Shown here piece by piece: positions 62,958 through 64,000 of a DNA stretch of 64,000 bases. Position 1 is the stretch's first letter. Each line of letters begins with the position of its first letter. The stretch lies in IMG/VR virus record IMGVR_UViG_3300044796_000401; one strand, written 5' to 3'. The position numbers were made by a program, and so were the translations under genes. Below the pieces are notes generated by a model. It ran no database searches and was not told the DNA's origin. It saw only the letters and a program-made list of their open reading frames with translations. Source of the DNA: a virus. Taxonomy: Duplodnaviria > Caudoviricetes.

Positions 62958-64000
62958 CTAGCCCCAAGCGGCCACGAGGCCCTGCTCGGAGCACAGGGGG
63001 CAGCGCACGCTGGGCTTCGGGGGAATCTGCTTGCCGGTTTTCTTGCTGAACCACCCCCTGACATGCCAGCGGTTGTGGTTGTTTTTTGCTGTTGCTTCCG
63101 CATGCGCCTTCTGGTACTCGGGGTCGGCGGCCACCTTCTTCATGGCTTCCTGCCACTCGGGGCTGGCGGTACGCCTCGCAATCCCCTCCGCGTTCGCCTT
63201 CTGCCACTCGGGGCTGGCGGTACGCCTCGCAATCCCCTCCGCGTTCGCCTTCCGCCACTCGGGGCTGGCGGCCTTCTTGCGGTTCGCTTCCGAGACGTTC
63301 TTCCGCCACTCGGGGCTGGCGAACATTTCCGCCATTTTTTGCTGGTACTCGGGGCTGGCGGCCTTCTTGCGGTTCGCTTCCGAGACGTTCTGCTGCCACT
63401 CCGGGCTGGCGGTCATTTCCGCATGCGCCTTCCGCCACTCGGGGCTGGCGAACATTTCCGCCATTTTTTGCTGGTACTCGGGGTCGGCGTGCATCTTGCG
63501 CAGCGCTTCCGCGTGCGCCTTCTGCCACTCGGGGTCGGCGTGCATCTTGCGCAGCGCTTCCGCGTTCGCCTGCTGCCACTCGGGGCTGGCGTGCAGCTTG
63601 CGCATCGCTTCCACGACGTTCTGCTGCCACTCCGGGCTGGCGGTCATTTCCGCATGCGCCTTCCGCCACTCGGGGCTGGCGGTACGCCTCGCAATCCCCT
63701 CCGCGTTCGCCTTCTGCCACTCGGGGTCGGCGGCCTTCTTGCGGTTCGCTTCGGTCACCCTGCGAAGCTGGTCTTCGGTGAATTTGTAGCCGGATGGTCC
63801 ATCCCCTCCGTCCGTTCTATTGCGGAGGATTCCCGTCCCGTTGTCCTGGCGACCGAACAACTCGATCAGCGCTATCTCGGATTCGAAGGCTTCCGCTTCG
63901 TTCAGCATCGGGAAGATGACGATGCGGGAGCGGTCCTTCGGGGGACGGACATTGTGCTGGGCGGAACAAGCTCGATTGCCTGAGCCTTTCCCTGCGTAGT
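62958..64000 (-). CDS. GIY-YIG-like endonuclease with tandem ASPEW repeats, partial (start lies beyond the window)
   Basis: The frame is open to the right edge (YAGKGSG...RIVIFPMLNEAEAFESE...ILRNRTDGGDG), homologous to the 60124..60858 nuclease domain. Confidence 0.8.
   Translation of the reverse strand, partial: YAGKGSGNRACSAQHNVRPPKDRSRIVIFPMLNEAEAFESEIALIELFGRQDNGTGILRNRTDGGDGPSGYKFTEDQLRRVTEANRKKAADPEWQKANAEGIARRTASPEWRKAHAEMTASPEWQQNVVEAMRKLHASPEWQQANAEALRKMHADPEWQKAHAEALRKMHADPEYQQKMAEMFASPEWRKAHAEMTASPEWQQNVSEANRKKAASPEYQQKMAEMFASPEWRKNVSEANRKKAASPEWRKANAEGIARRTASPEWQKANAEGIARRTASPEWQEAMKKVAADPEYQKAHAEATAKNNHNRWHVRGWFSKKTGKQIPPKPSVRCPLCSEQGLVAAWG
63115..63745 (-). repeat. Imperfect in-frame tandem repeats (about 33-51 nt units around CCACTCGGGGCTGGCG); bounds approximate
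   Basis: More than a dozen (A/S)(S/D)PE(W/Y)(Q/R)x units visible in both DNA and protein. Confidence 0.85.

Noticed and set aside
63115-63745. Possible CRISPR array
   Set aside because: Repeats are in-frame, variable in length and lack unique spacers; no cas genes nearby.
1-64000. Alternative genetic code or stop-codon reassignment
   Set aside because: Long genes are intact under code 11, all three stops terminate genes, and no suppressor anticodon is present.

Overview
A 64 kb piece of a large contractile-tailed (myovirus-type) phage genome, almost entirely on the minus strand. It holds the virion morphogenesis module (major capsid protein, decoration protein, scaffold, prohead protease, neck proteins, tail sheath and tube) interleaved with about 17 freestanding homing-endonuclease-like genes. 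To the right lies an accessory region: IsrB/omegaRNA element, intein-containing UvrD helicase, PP2C phosphatase, envelope proteins, a GT2/barrel/deacetylase exopolysaccharide-like cluster and four tRNAs. Several envelope genes point to an Acidobacteriota host (inference from recalled families). Main discoveries, all absent from the ORF track: (1) a 28-aa Thr/Gln/Ile-rich leader peptide with protector, antiterminator and terminator pairings sits upstream of tRNA-Ile/Thr/Thr/Gln genes, suggesting ribosome-mediated attenuation of phage tRNA supply; (2) three of the four tRNAs carry C33 in place of the near-invariant U33; (3) a 229-nt ORF-less group I intron splits the decoration gene, with P1, P7 and P10 pairings visible; (4) the IsrB element's empty site reconstructs to an ATGA stop/start overlap; (5) a K-x-A motif punctuates modular head proteins that carry candidate enzyme domains. 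No CRISPR array or rRNA was seen. All family assignments are motif recognition without database searches.
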